From: an uncultured Coriobacteriales bacterium
Lineage (GTDB): Bacteria; Actinomycetota; Coriobacteriia; Coriobacteriales; UMGS124
Direction of reading: 5' to 3'
Assembly (NCBI GenBank): GCA_934636245.1
Contig: CAKUAI010000003.1
Span: 120,305 to 184,304, forward strand
Length of the DNA stretch: 64,000 nucleotides
Part shown: in pieces, positions 54,124 through 62,474 of the stretch
How positions within the stretch are numbered: position 1 is the stretch's first letter
Layout: the number at the start of each line of letters is the position of its first letter
The notes under the pieces: model-generated
Seen by the model: only the letters and a program-made list of their open reading frames with translations
Database searches by the model: none
Told to the model about the DNA's origin: nothing
Position numbers and translations under genes: made by a program

Positions 54124-55377
54124 TCAGGCAACCTGATGGCGTTTGAACGTCCTTATCGCGAGAGCAATGCCCGCCGCGAAAAGCAGGAGGTAGAAAGCGG
54201 CGAGGAACACGGGCAGCTCGACCACGACAGGGCCTATGGCATACGAGACCATGTCGAAGAGGTTGAAGGGGTTCAGTGCGTCGTAGGGGAACAGGTAGAT
54301 GATGTGGTTCGCGATGCTGCTCGTCATCGTCGGCACGAAGACCGGAATCAAGATGAGAGCAACGCCGATTGCGAGGATTCCCATGGGGCTGTCTATCTTG
54401 GCCGATAGCGCGAGCACTATCCCAAGGAGGGCGAGGGTTGCGAGATACCCGACGAGGCAGCATGTGAGGGCAGCGGCTGACAGGCTTATGTCGTAGGTGC
54501 ATGTGATGCTGTAGATCTGGATGGGTAGACCTGCGCCGTCGGCTCCGTAGAAGACGAGCGTTATTGCCAGGAAGACGAGTGTGAAGACCCAGTATATTGC
54601 GCTTGCCGCGATTACAGAGGCCGCCGCCTTCGCGCGCCCGAGCCTTGATTTGCCGAACTTGGTGGACAGCAGGATGGCGTCGGTTTTGGCCTGGTACTCC
54701 CCGTTGAACACCGATGCGCACGTTATCACGACTGCGAGCATCGCGAATATGAGGAACTGGGCGAGGTTGAGGAAGTTCTCCCATCCTCCTGCGTATCCGT
54801 ACTCGATGGGCGTGTGCACGGCTTGCGCCTTCTCGTTCCAGAACGCCCTCTCCTCGTCGTTGTACGAAAGGACATCGTTCGCGTCGAGCTTGGAGGCTAT
54901 CTTCGAGCGGACTTGCCCGTAGAGGTCGACGGTGCCAGTCGTGTCGATAGTGGCTGCCACGGACACGGGCATCTGGTAGCCTTGCATCCAAGGGCCTGTC
55001 AGCAGCGCCATGAGGGCGCCGTTCTTCGCCCTGAACTCCCAGTACTCGCCCGCCTTCTCCCCGTAGGGCTTCCTGTCCATCCTGTACTCTGACCTGACCT
55101 CGCTGTCCGGACCGATGAACTCCTTGAACTCGCGGAGCGCCTCGGTGGCCTCCTCGTCGGTGATGGGGCCTGCGAGCGCTTCCGCGTTTGCCTTTATCGC
55201 GGTGATGGCGGCAGTGCCCTCGAATTCGGTGCCCATCTCCTTGGGGTTGAGGGCGTACTGGGACGTTATGTTGAAGAAGGCCATGACCGCGACCAACGCC
55301 AGGACGGCTGCTATGGAGACCTGCGAGACGCGCCTTGAGAGCACCTTCTTGAGCTCGTATCTGATGAGGCTACCCAC
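54124..55377 (-). CDS. ABC-2 type transporter permease
   Basis: One N-terminal TM helix, a large extracytoplasmic loop, then a C-terminal cluster of 5 TM helices. Its start overlaps the ATPase stop by 8 nt. Confidence 0.7.
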   Translation of the reverse strand: MGSLIRYELKKVLSRRVSQVSIAAVLALVAVMAFFNITSQYALNPKEMGTEFEGTAAITAIKANAEALAGPITDEEATEALREFKEFIGPDSEVRSEYRMDRKPYGEKAGEYWEFRAKNGALMALLTGPWMQGYQMPVSVAATIDTTGTVDLYGQVRSKIASKLDANDVLSYNDEERAFWNEKAQAVHTPIEYGYAGGWENFLNLAQFLIFAMLAVVITCASVFNGEYQAKTDAILLSTKFGKSRLGRAKAAASVIAASAIYWVFTLVFLAITLVFYGADGAGLPIQIYSITCTYDISLSAAALTCCLVGYLATLALLGIVLALSAKIDSPMGILAIGVALILIPVFVPTMTSSIANHIIYLFPYDALNPFNLFDMVSYAIGPVVVELPVFLAAFYLLLFAAGIALAIRTFKRHQVA

Positions 55378-56323
55378 GGTGCACTCCTTTCCTGTTTTCG
55401 ATTGCGTCCTGTCCCACTTCCGCTTTCGTCCGCGAAACCGGCAGGCCCCCGGACTGCTCCTGGAAGAGGTAAAGGTAGACGTCCTCCAGCGTCGGCTCCA
55501 CGGCGCGCGCGCTCGGATGCGGACGCTGCTGCGCCACCACGCGAACGATGGCAGAGCCGTCCTGGGCGTAGCGGATGTTGCCCACCGTGAGCGATGCCGA
55601 CATGGCGTCTGCCTCCCTCGGGGCGACAGCGCACTCCCAGACGCATCCCCTGATGCCCCCTGTGATCTCGTCGACCGTGCCCGTCGTGATGATGCCGCCA
55701 GCGCGCATCACGAGGATCTTGTCGGCGATGTACTCCACGTCCGAGACGATGTGCGTGGAGAGGATGACGATCTTGTCTTGGGCGAGAGAGGATATGAGGT
55801 TGCGGAAGCGGACGCGCTCCTTGGGGTCGAGCCCTGCGGTGGGCTCGTCGAGCACGAGGACAGACGGGTCGTTGAGCACCGCCTGGGCGATGCCGAGCCG
55901 CTGCTTCATGCCGCCGGAGAAGGTCTTGACCTTCCGTTTTGCGGCCTCTGCGAGGCCGACAACGCCCAGGAGTTCGCGTGTACGCACTTTTGCCTGCTGC
56001 GCGGTGAGCCCCTTGAGCGATGCCAGGTACATCATGAAGTCGCACGCCGTGAAATCCGGGTAGTAGCCGAAGTCCTGGGGCAGGTACCCGAGGCGCGCCC
56101 GATAGCCGTCGCCAAGCTGGTCTATGGGGATGCCCCCGAATAACACGCTTCCCGATGTTGGCCTCATGACGTCGCATATCATGCGCATGAGCGTGGTCTT
56201 GCCTGCGCCGTTGGCCCCGAGTAGGCCGTAGACGCCGGGCGTGAAGCTGAAGCTCACGCGATCGACAGCGATATGGCTGCCGAACTGCTTGGTGAGCCTG
56301 TCAAGCCTGAGTTCCATGTTCAC
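55370..56323 (-). CDS. ABC transporter ATP-binding protein
   Basis: Walker A GANGAGKTT, signature FSGGMKQRL, Walker B VLVLDEPTAGLD. Confidence 0.9.
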   Translation of the reverse strand: MNMELRLDRLTKQFGSHIAVDRVSFSFTPGVYGLLGANGAGKTTLMRMICDVMRPTSGSVLFGGIPIDQLGDGYRARLGYLPQDFGYYPDFTACDFMMYLASLKGLTAQQAKVRTRELLGVVGLAEAAKRKVKTFSGGMKQRLGIAQAVLNDPSVLVLDEPTAGLDPKERVRFRNLISSLAQDKIVILSTHIVSDVEYIADKILVMRAGGIITTGTVDEITGGIRGCVWECAVAPREADAMSASLTVGNIRYAQDGSAIVRVVAQQRPHPSARAVEPTLEDVYLYLFQEQSGGLPVSRTKAEVGQDAIENRKGVHRG

Positions 56324-56365
56324 TCCTTGTCCTTCGTTCGATGTTGCAGATAAGCAGGAGGAAAG

Positions 56366-57151
56366 CTAGAGCGCCGCCTTTGACAGGCGTGGCGAGAGGC
56401 CGCCTGAGACGCAGCGCATGAGCCTTGACGCCTCCAGGGCGGCGAGCGCCATGGAGGCCATGAGCGCCGCGACCCATACGGCGAGAGACGCGCCCTCGTA
56501 CCAGAGGGGGAACGCCGTGCTCAGCAGCCAGAGCGCCGCGAGTACGGACATCGCAGGAGCGACGCTGGCGACGAGCGAGTTGCCCGGCAGACGACGCGCC
56601 GCATAGAAGCAGGCGGCACACGAGCAGAAGAACGGCGTGCATGCGTACAGCAGTGCGCGAAGCGCGTCGATCCCAGCGAGCGTTGGCACTGCCGCAACGA
56701 CGAGCGTAATCCAAAGCACGTCGGCCAGGCCGAAAAGCAAAAGCCTGCTCGCTAACACTTGCACGCAGCTGAACCGGCACGAGTACTCCATCTCGCAGAC
56801 GCGGGTCTCGAAGCTCTTGAATACCGATGGTGCCGCTATGGCAACCGAGAGGGCCGATGCCGCCATGACGACGATGGGGCTTCCCGAGCGCAGGCCAATC
56901 TCGCCGACGAGAACGAGCATACATGCCAGAAGCGCGATCTGGAGCATCCATGCCCAGGGACGCACGAACCGAGCCTGGCTCGCGACGAACCGCCAGAGCG
57001 GGATGTAATCCGCCTCCCTCGTGCCTCCGCAGGCGCGAGCCGCCTCTGCTTCCACCAGCAGTAAGGTGCGCTTGCGCGCCGAGGCGTCGGGGGATGCCGC
57101 GTCAGCGGCGTAGTAGCTCCTCAGCGCATCCTTTAACTTCGAGTCACCCAT
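56366..57151 (-). CDS. polytopic membrane protein, putative anti-sigma factor
   Basis: Start overlaps the sigma gene stop by 8 nt. A soluble N-terminal ~60 aa is followed by about 6 TM helices. Functional assignment is by position only. Confidence 0.5.
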   Translation of the reverse strand: MGDSKLKDALRSYYAADAASPDASARKRTLLLVEAEAARACGGTREADYIPLWRFVASQARFVRPWAWMLQIALLACMLVLVGEIGLRSGSPIVVMAASALSVAIAAPSVFKSFETRVCEMEYSCRFSCVQVLASRLLLFGLADVLWITLVVAAVPTLAGIDALRALLYACTPFFCSCAACFYAARRLPGNSLVASVAPAMSVLAALWLLSTAFPLWYEGASLAVWVAALMASMALAALEASRLMRCVSGGLSPRLSKAAL

Positions 57152-57680
57152 GGCCTTCTCCCATCAGTTCCTTGAGCCTGCCGAGCGCGTGCCGCTCGAT
57201 TCGATAGAGGGCGAACCTCGACTTCCCCGTCACGGCGGAGATGTCGGACATAGGCAGGTCCTGTCCGTAGCGCAGCTCGATGACCTCGCGCTCCTCTTCC
57301 GTAAGGCGGGCGAGGGCATCCGCCACGATCAGCCGTCCGTCCATGTCTGCATGCCGCGCGTCAGGAATTGCCTGTGCATCGTCCTCGTCCAAGGCGCCAA
57401 CCGGTCTCTGGCCTCGGTAGAAGTCGGCGCAGACGTTGCGCGCGCAGGTGTAGAGATACGCGAGGGGCTTTCCATGCTCGGCGTATAGCGCATCGCTCCG
57501 CACGAGCCGAAGGAACACCTCCTGCGTCACGTCTCGGGCATCCTCTTTCGAGGGGAGCCTTCGCGCGCAGTAGCGGTACACTTCGTCGTAGTGCTCCTCT
57601 GCGAAGCGCCCTACCAAAGAGTCGTTCTCGCGGCCTGGCGCGTCCGCCCTGCCGTTGCTGCCGTATGGAAAGCCTTGCAT
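57144..57680 (-). CDS. ECF-type RNA polymerase sigma-70 factor
   Basis: Region 2 (DARDVTQEVFLRLV) and region 4 (REVIELRYGQDLPMSDISAVTGKSRFALYRIERHALGRLK). Confidence 0.85.
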   Translation of the reverse strand: MQGFPYGSNGRADAPGRENDSLVGRFAEEHYDEVYRYCARRLPSKEDARDVTQEVFLRLVRSDALYAEHGKPLAYLYTCARNVCADFYRGQRPVGALDEDDAQAIPDARHADMDGRLIVADALARLTEEEREVIELRYGQDLPMSDISAVTGKSRFALYRIERHALGRLKELMGEGHG

Positions 57681-57859
57681 TCTTTTCCCTCACCTCCTAT
57701 AGGGCATAACGTGGTTTGGCGCTGGGATGTGCGCGGAATTATGATATTTACGTCCCATGCAATGGAGGAAAACCACAGCCAGCGATGCTCGGTGAGTGGC
57801 GGATATGCGAGGGGGTGGCAGGCGGAAAGGGGCTTATTCGCTTTCCCAAACCGCTCTGG

Positions 57860-58353
57860 TCATTTGAACGAGGCGCGCCAGAGATTGTAATCGTCCTGAG
57901 TCATCTTCCCCGACTTGAGATCCTCCTGTGCGCCCTGCCATGCCTTGATAGCAGCGTCAAGCTTCTGGGCTCCCTTTGTCTTCGGGTCGATGCGCAGAGC
58001 GTCGATAGAATCTGGGGCGATTCCGAACGCTTCCTCAAGCCTGAAGAGATACTCCATGGCGTCACGTGCCGTGTCGGTCGAGTAACCCTCTAGCGCCCTC
58101 TCGCTCACCTTGAGAGCCTTGGCGATCTCTTTGAGCTTCTCTGGAGTCGGAGCTGCTCGGCGGCGTCCCTTCTCGCGTCCTCGCTCTTGACCATGTGCAT
58201 GTAGGCGAGGGCGAGGGCAGTGAAGTCGTGGACGATGGGCGCCCTCTTGGTGAACGACACGAGCACGCGGTCGATTCCCAGCTCTTCGACCGCCATCCTC
58301 GAGATGGAGCCGACGTGGTCGACGCCATCACGTCGACGGCTAAGACTTTGCAA
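57860..58353 (-). pseudogene. probable frameshifted gene (two abutting 82-aa ORFs), function unknown
   Basis: Track ORFs 58105..58353 and 57860..58108 are in different frames. Shifting frame near 58110-58150 gives a continuous reading ..AAPTPEKLKEIAKALKVSERALEGYSTD... Confidence 0.45.
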
Positions 58354-58460
58354 GCATGCAAGCAGAACTTTTATGTGTTATAGTTACAAGATAGTTAGCT
58401 CCGGTACGACCGCTGATTCAAGTCGCCGGGGCTCAATTTTTTTCTAAGGAAAGGTCCCCC

Positions 58461-59189
58461 ATGCCGGACGCTCCGAAGATAGACCGGGCGCACGTCATAT
58501 CGTGGCTTTCTGAACCGCGATATAGCAAATATCTCGAAGTAACACGAGGCGATGACGCCGTCGCTCTCAACCTCTACCTCTGGAACATCGGCCTTGCGCA
58601 GGCCGTCTTGAAAGACGTCTCGTTCTTCGAGGTCGCCCTCAGAAACGCGTACGACAGGGCAATATCCTCCACCTGGAGCGGGTCCGACCACTGGCTGTTC
58701 GACGACGCCTCTCCCGTAAGGCACCCGATCCTCAGGACGAATAAGCGCGGACAGGTCAACGATGCCAACCGACTGAACAGGAATTCGATTGACCACCTGA
58801 GAAGCGGCCTTCGCGAGAACGCGACCGCAGACGACATCGTCTCGAACCTCACGCTGGGTTTCTGGGCCCACATGACGGACCGCAGCCATGAACGCGATTT
58901 GTGGATTCCAATCATCCATAAGGCATGGCCAAAGGGGGCAGACCGAAACGACGTCAATGAATGGATAGCGGGAATCAACAAGATCCGTAATCGTGCCGCC
59001 CACCACGAACACCTCTTCGCACATGCGGGATGCGAATGCGGGACTTTGCGATCGTGCCGAAACGCCGCTTTGCTGTTCGCTCAGCTTGAGCCAATTGCGC
59101 ACAGTTATATTTACGAAGGAAGCATCAATAGATGCTCGGTCGACAACTACCTGGAGGAGCACCCGGCCCCTTGCGACGTTGCGGTCTGA
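58461..59189 (+). CDS. Abi-like protein (Abi_2 / AbiD-AbiF type abortive-infection family)
   Basis: Family hallmarks: N-terminal ..RYSKYL...LYLWNIGLAQAVLKDVSFFEVALRNAY, mid LTLGFWAHM, and C-terminal INKIRNRAAHHEHLF. Confidence 0.75.
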   Translation: MPDAPKIDRAHVISWLSEPRYSKYLEVTRGDDAVALNLYLWNIGLAQAVLKDVSFFEVALRNAYDRAISSTWSGSDHWLFDDASPVRHPILRTNKRGQVNDANRLNRNSIDHLRSGLRENATADDIVSNLTLGFWAHMTDRSHERDLWIPIIHKAWPKGADRNDVNEWIAGINKIRNRAAHHEHLFAHAGCECGTLRSCRNAALLFAQLEPIAHSYIYEGSINRCSVDNYLEEHPAPCDVAV

Positions 59190-59220
59190 GAAAACCCACG
59201 CGCGCAAGCCGGGGCAGATA

Positions 59221-59613
59221 TTTGATACCGATTCGTTTGTTTTTGCTCCGCCCGCCGATTTTGGTTGTGAATGCTGCCCAAATGTGCCCAGTGAATTGCT
59301 CGATGAGATGCCCTCAGGCGACTATGTCGTGTATTACCCCGAATCTATCGTTGGCGCTGACGGATCGAATCGATTCATCCACGACGTGAACCGCCTGCTT
59401 GATTATATTGAGGAGCACAATCTGGAGGTAGCCGGCGATTATTACGGGATTGTACTGGCAGAGAGTGAACTTTTTGGCTATGCAGAGGGAGACATGCTCT
59501 ATAAGATGTGCATCCCGGTGACTAAAAAGCGCATAGGGGAAAGTCAGAGAATCGTTGCCCCGCGGGGCATCCTTGGGCGCATGAGACAACTTGGCAAGAA
59601 GCAGGGGCAGTAG
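59221..59613 (+). pseudogene. startless C-terminal fragment of a GyrI-like (MerR/AraC effector-binding) domain protein
   Basis: ..MPSGDYVVYYPESIVGADGSNRFIHDVNRLLDYIEEHNLEVAGDYYGIVLAESELFGYAEGDMLYKMCIPVTKK resembles the second half of GyrI-like domains. There is no plausible start or HTH domain between the Abi stop (59189) and this reading frame. Confidence 0.4.
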
Positions 59614-59757
59614 CGAGCAGTTTCATATTGCCTGCTCAAATCTCGTTTTATTCCTCTTGGAGCTGGGCCCTTGCCGCTCCCAAACGAAAACGTGCCGACC
59701 AGGTCGCGAGGGACCCGGCCGGCACGGCAGGCAAAGCGTGCGTGAAGCGGCGGGTGG

Positions 59758-61308
59758 CTACGCCCTGGCCAGCTCGTTGAAGCGGAAGTTGCCCAGGGGG
59801 GTCTGATGGAAGCCCACGATGTCGGCGCGCGTGGCGTTGGGCCAAGGCATCGTGAACAGGGGAATCCACACGGCCTGCTCGCGGAAGGTCTGCTGCATCT
59901 GGTGGTACATCTCGACGCGCTTGTCGTCGTCGGTCTCAGCGTTGCAGGCGTCGTTGAGGGCGACCATGTCGTCGGGCTGGCGGAAGTTCGTATCGAAGCC
60001 GGAAGCGCCGTCGAAGTCGAAGATCCACTGCATGAACTCGGAGGGATCCTGGATGTCGTCGGACCAGTAGTCGATGATGGCGTCGAAATCCATGGCGTAC
60101 ATGCGGGTCTTGTACGAGGTGGCCTCGATCTCCTCGATGGAGACGGTCACGCCAATCTTGGCCCACTGCTGCGTGAGAATCATGGCAATCTGCTTGTCGA
60201 CCTCGTTGCCGCTGCGCATGAGGATGGTGATCGGGAAGCCACCGTCCAGGCCGGCCTGGGCGAGCAGCGCCTTGGCGCCCTCGATGTCGGGCTCGACGGG
60301 GTCGAGGGAGTGGTCGCAGTACTTGCTGGTGGGGGCGAAGATGGTGCCGATGGCGGTGCCGTAGCCGAAGAGCGCGACGTCCACGATCTCCTGGGGGTCC
60401 GTGGCCTTGATGAGGGCCTGGCGGGCCTCGTCATGGGCGAGGTACTCGTTCTCGACGTTGAGCGACATGAAGCGGGTGATGGTGGAGGGCAAGGCCGCAA
60501 CGACGCAGTTGGGGTCGCTCTCAATCTGCATGAGGGAGGAGAGGGGCAGGTCAACGGCGATGTCGATGTCGCCGCCCTGCAGCTGGATCTGACGGGAGGC
60601 GTCGTCGGCGACAACGCGGAACTCGATGTCAGCCGTGGCGGGCACGCCGTCCTCGCGGTAGTAGGGGTTGGCAGTCATGGCCAGGTACTCGCCGCGCTTC
60701 CACTCCTTGATCATGTAGGTGCCGGTGCCCAGGGGGCCGTCGACGTAGCGATCCGCGCCGACCGACTCGAAGTAGGCCTTGCTCTGGACGCCCAGGGTAA
60801 AGATGCACAGGTTGGCGAGCGTGCTGGCGGCCTCAGACTTCATGTACACGATGACGGTCGTGTCGTCGGGGCACTCGACATGGTCGAGGTTCTCGACGCA
60901 CATGTGCCAGTTGGAATCCTCGGACTGGATGGCGCGGTCGAACGTGAACTGCCAGTCCTCGGCGGTGACGGGGGAGCCGTCGGAGAAGGTGAGGCCTTCC
61001 TTGACCTTGAAGGTGTAGGTGAGGCCGTCGTCGGAGACGTCGTAGCTCTCGGCCAGGCACAGCTCGATGTCGGAGCCGTCGTCGCTGGTCATGACAAGGC
61101 CCTCAAGGATGAGGTTGAAGATGAAGATGTTGGTGTTGCCGACGCAGGTGACGGGGTCCAGGTTGTCGGAGTCCTGAGCACGGCCGATGACGATCGGCTT
61201 GGACTCGCCGTCGGCGAGCGCGCCGGCCGGTGCCAGGGCAGAAAGGGCGGCCAGTGCAGCGGCGCCCTTGAGGAAGCCCCTGCGGTTCATGGTGAAGTCA
61301 GAGCTCAT
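59758..61308 (-). CDS. ABC-type substrate-binding protein, family 5 (peptide/nickel/opine type), RR signal, no cognate permease nearby
   Basis: ATG 61308 (AAGGTGG upstream) gives MSSDFTMNRRGFLKGAAALAALSALAPAGALA. The body reads like SBP_bac_5 (..VIGRAQDSDNLDPV.., ..YMIKEWKRGEYLAMTANPYY..). Confidence 0.75.
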   Translation of the reverse strand: MSSDFTMNRRGFLKGAAALAALSALAPAGALADGESKPIVIGRAQDSDNLDPVTCVGNTNIFIFNLILEGLVMTSDDGSDIELCLAESYDVSDDGLTYTFKVKEGLTFSDGSPVTAEDWQFTFDRAIQSEDSNWHMCVENLDHVECPDDTTVIVYMKSEAASTLANLCIFTLGVQSKAYFESVGADRYVDGPLGTGTYMIKEWKRGEYLAMTANPYYREDGVPATADIEFRVVADDASRQIQLQGGDIDIAVDLPLSSLMQIESDPNCVVAALPSTITRFMSLNVENEYLAHDEARQALIKATDPQEIVDVALFGYGTAIGTIFAPTSKYCDHSLDPVEPDIEGAKALLAQAGLDGGFPITILMRSGNEVDKQIAMILTQQWAKIGVTVSIEEIEATSYKTRMYAMDFDAIIDYWSDDIQDPSEFMQWIFDFDGASGFDTNFRQPDDMVALNDACNAETDDDKRVEMYHQMQQTFREQAVWIPLFTMPWPNATRADIVGFHQTPLGNFRFNELARA

Positions 61309-61505
61309 GTCTCGTACCACCTTTGGTTGGTCCGGTCACGCCTGTGCCCCTTTGACACGACGTGGCGGCGGAAGGTTGGCCGCATTGTAAGCCACTTCTT
61401 CCAACAAGGCGATAGATATGCATCATTTCGCTTAAAAAGGCTTAAATACTAATTTTTGAGCGTAAATGACGCATACAGGGGCTCATATAGAGTCTACGGC
61501 GGGTA

Positions 61506-61542
61506 ACAAAAACCCGCAGGGAACAAAACTGTTCCCTGCGGG
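61506..61542 (-). terminator. intrinsic terminator after 61586..62392
   Basis: On the minus strand: CCCGCAGGGAAC - 6 nt - GTTCCCTGCGGG followed by TTTTTG. 12-bp perfect stem. Confidence 0.8.
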
Positions 61543-61585
61543 CTTCCTGGGAGGCAATGGTTGCGCCGTGATGGCGCCGTCGCCT

Positions 61586-62392
61586 TTATGCGCCAGCGAG
61601 AATGCCGACGTTGGGACGGTTGACGTACTGGTCCTCGGGTGCGTCCTCGCTGCCGGGGATGGCGGGTGCGACGGCCTCGGCGGTTACCTCGATGGACACG
61701 ACGTTGCGCGTGAAATACTTGGCGGCGGTGCCGTCGAGCCACACCTGGTTGGTGCCGCCCACGGAGGCGCCCAGGTCCTCGCCGTTGATGGCGCTGGCGA
61801 TGATGGCCCTGCGCTGCATGACGTAATCAAGCGGCAGCGACATGGTGTAGCCGTCGGCGGAGGTCAGCGTGACGGTGTTGGCGTTGGCTGCGGGCCTTGC
61901 GCGCTCGATGAGGGCGGCCAGGGACACGCCGCTCACGTCGGCGTTCACCACAGCGCGGCCGCCGGCGGGGTTCGCGGCGCAGGAGCAGCCCATGATCTGA
62001 GACAGCGTGCCGTCATCCTGGGCAATCTCACCGATGGTGGCGTTGTAGGGGTTGGCCACGTCGCCGCACACGGCGATGGACCAGTCGTCGGCCTGGGTCA
62101 CGGCAAGCTCGGTGGAGGCGCCGCACAGCGTGGCGCTGGCCTTCTGGAAGACGTCGGCGATACGGTCGTTGGGCGTAACCGTCGTCTGGTCAAAGGAGAA
62201 CTCGCCCTGAACGTTGGGAACGCGCACGACGCCGCTGGCAAGGGCCTCTCCCTCAACAGCCTGGCTGGAGGCGGGCACGGTCGTCCAGGTGGCAGATGCA
62301 TCGGCAGCCGGGCTGGCGGCAATGGCGAGGCCGGGTACGAGCAGGGCAGCCGCTCCGGCGGCGCTCAGCACTTTTGTCGTTGAGACTTTCAT
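61586..62392 (-). CDS. secreted molybdopterin-dependent oxidoreductase (sulfite-oxidase fold, Oxidored_molyb-type domain)
   Basis: ATG 62392 gives MKVSTTKVLSAAGAAALLVPGLAIAA (Sec signal). Core pattern ..MGCSCAANPAGG.. VSGVSLAALIERA....VTLTSADGYTMSLPLDYV...AIIASAINGEDL......NQVWLDGTAAKYFTRNVVSIEV matches the C...G..L..LL......v...a.DGY.......a.l....NGe.L fold signature. Confidence 0.65.
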   Translation of the reverse strand: MKVSTTKVLSAAGAAALLVPGLAIAASPAADASATWTTVPASSQAVEGEALASGVVRVPNVQGEFSFDQTTVTPNDRIADVFQKASATLCGASTELAVTQADDWSIAVCGDVANPYNATIGEIAQDDGTLSQIMGCSCAANPAGGRAVVNADVSGVSLAALIERARPAANANTVTLTSADGYTMSLPLDYVMQRRAIIASAINGEDLGASVGGTNQVWLDGTAAKYFTRNVVSIEVTAEAVAPAIPGSEDAPEDQYVNRPNVGILAGA

Positions 62393-62474
62393 TTCTAGCT
62401 CCATCCTCGTAGTGCGGGGTAGCTTGGTTTGAGTGTCAATTTGAGTGTCAAGTTCAGGTAGAGCCTTGCGCGGC

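Noticed and set aside
53927-54991. 354-aa Arg/His/Pro-rich minus-strand ORF
   Set aside because: It is out of frame with, and fully overlaps, the ABC-2 permease gene 54124..55377, which has a coherent TM topology. The biased composition is typical of an off-frame reading.
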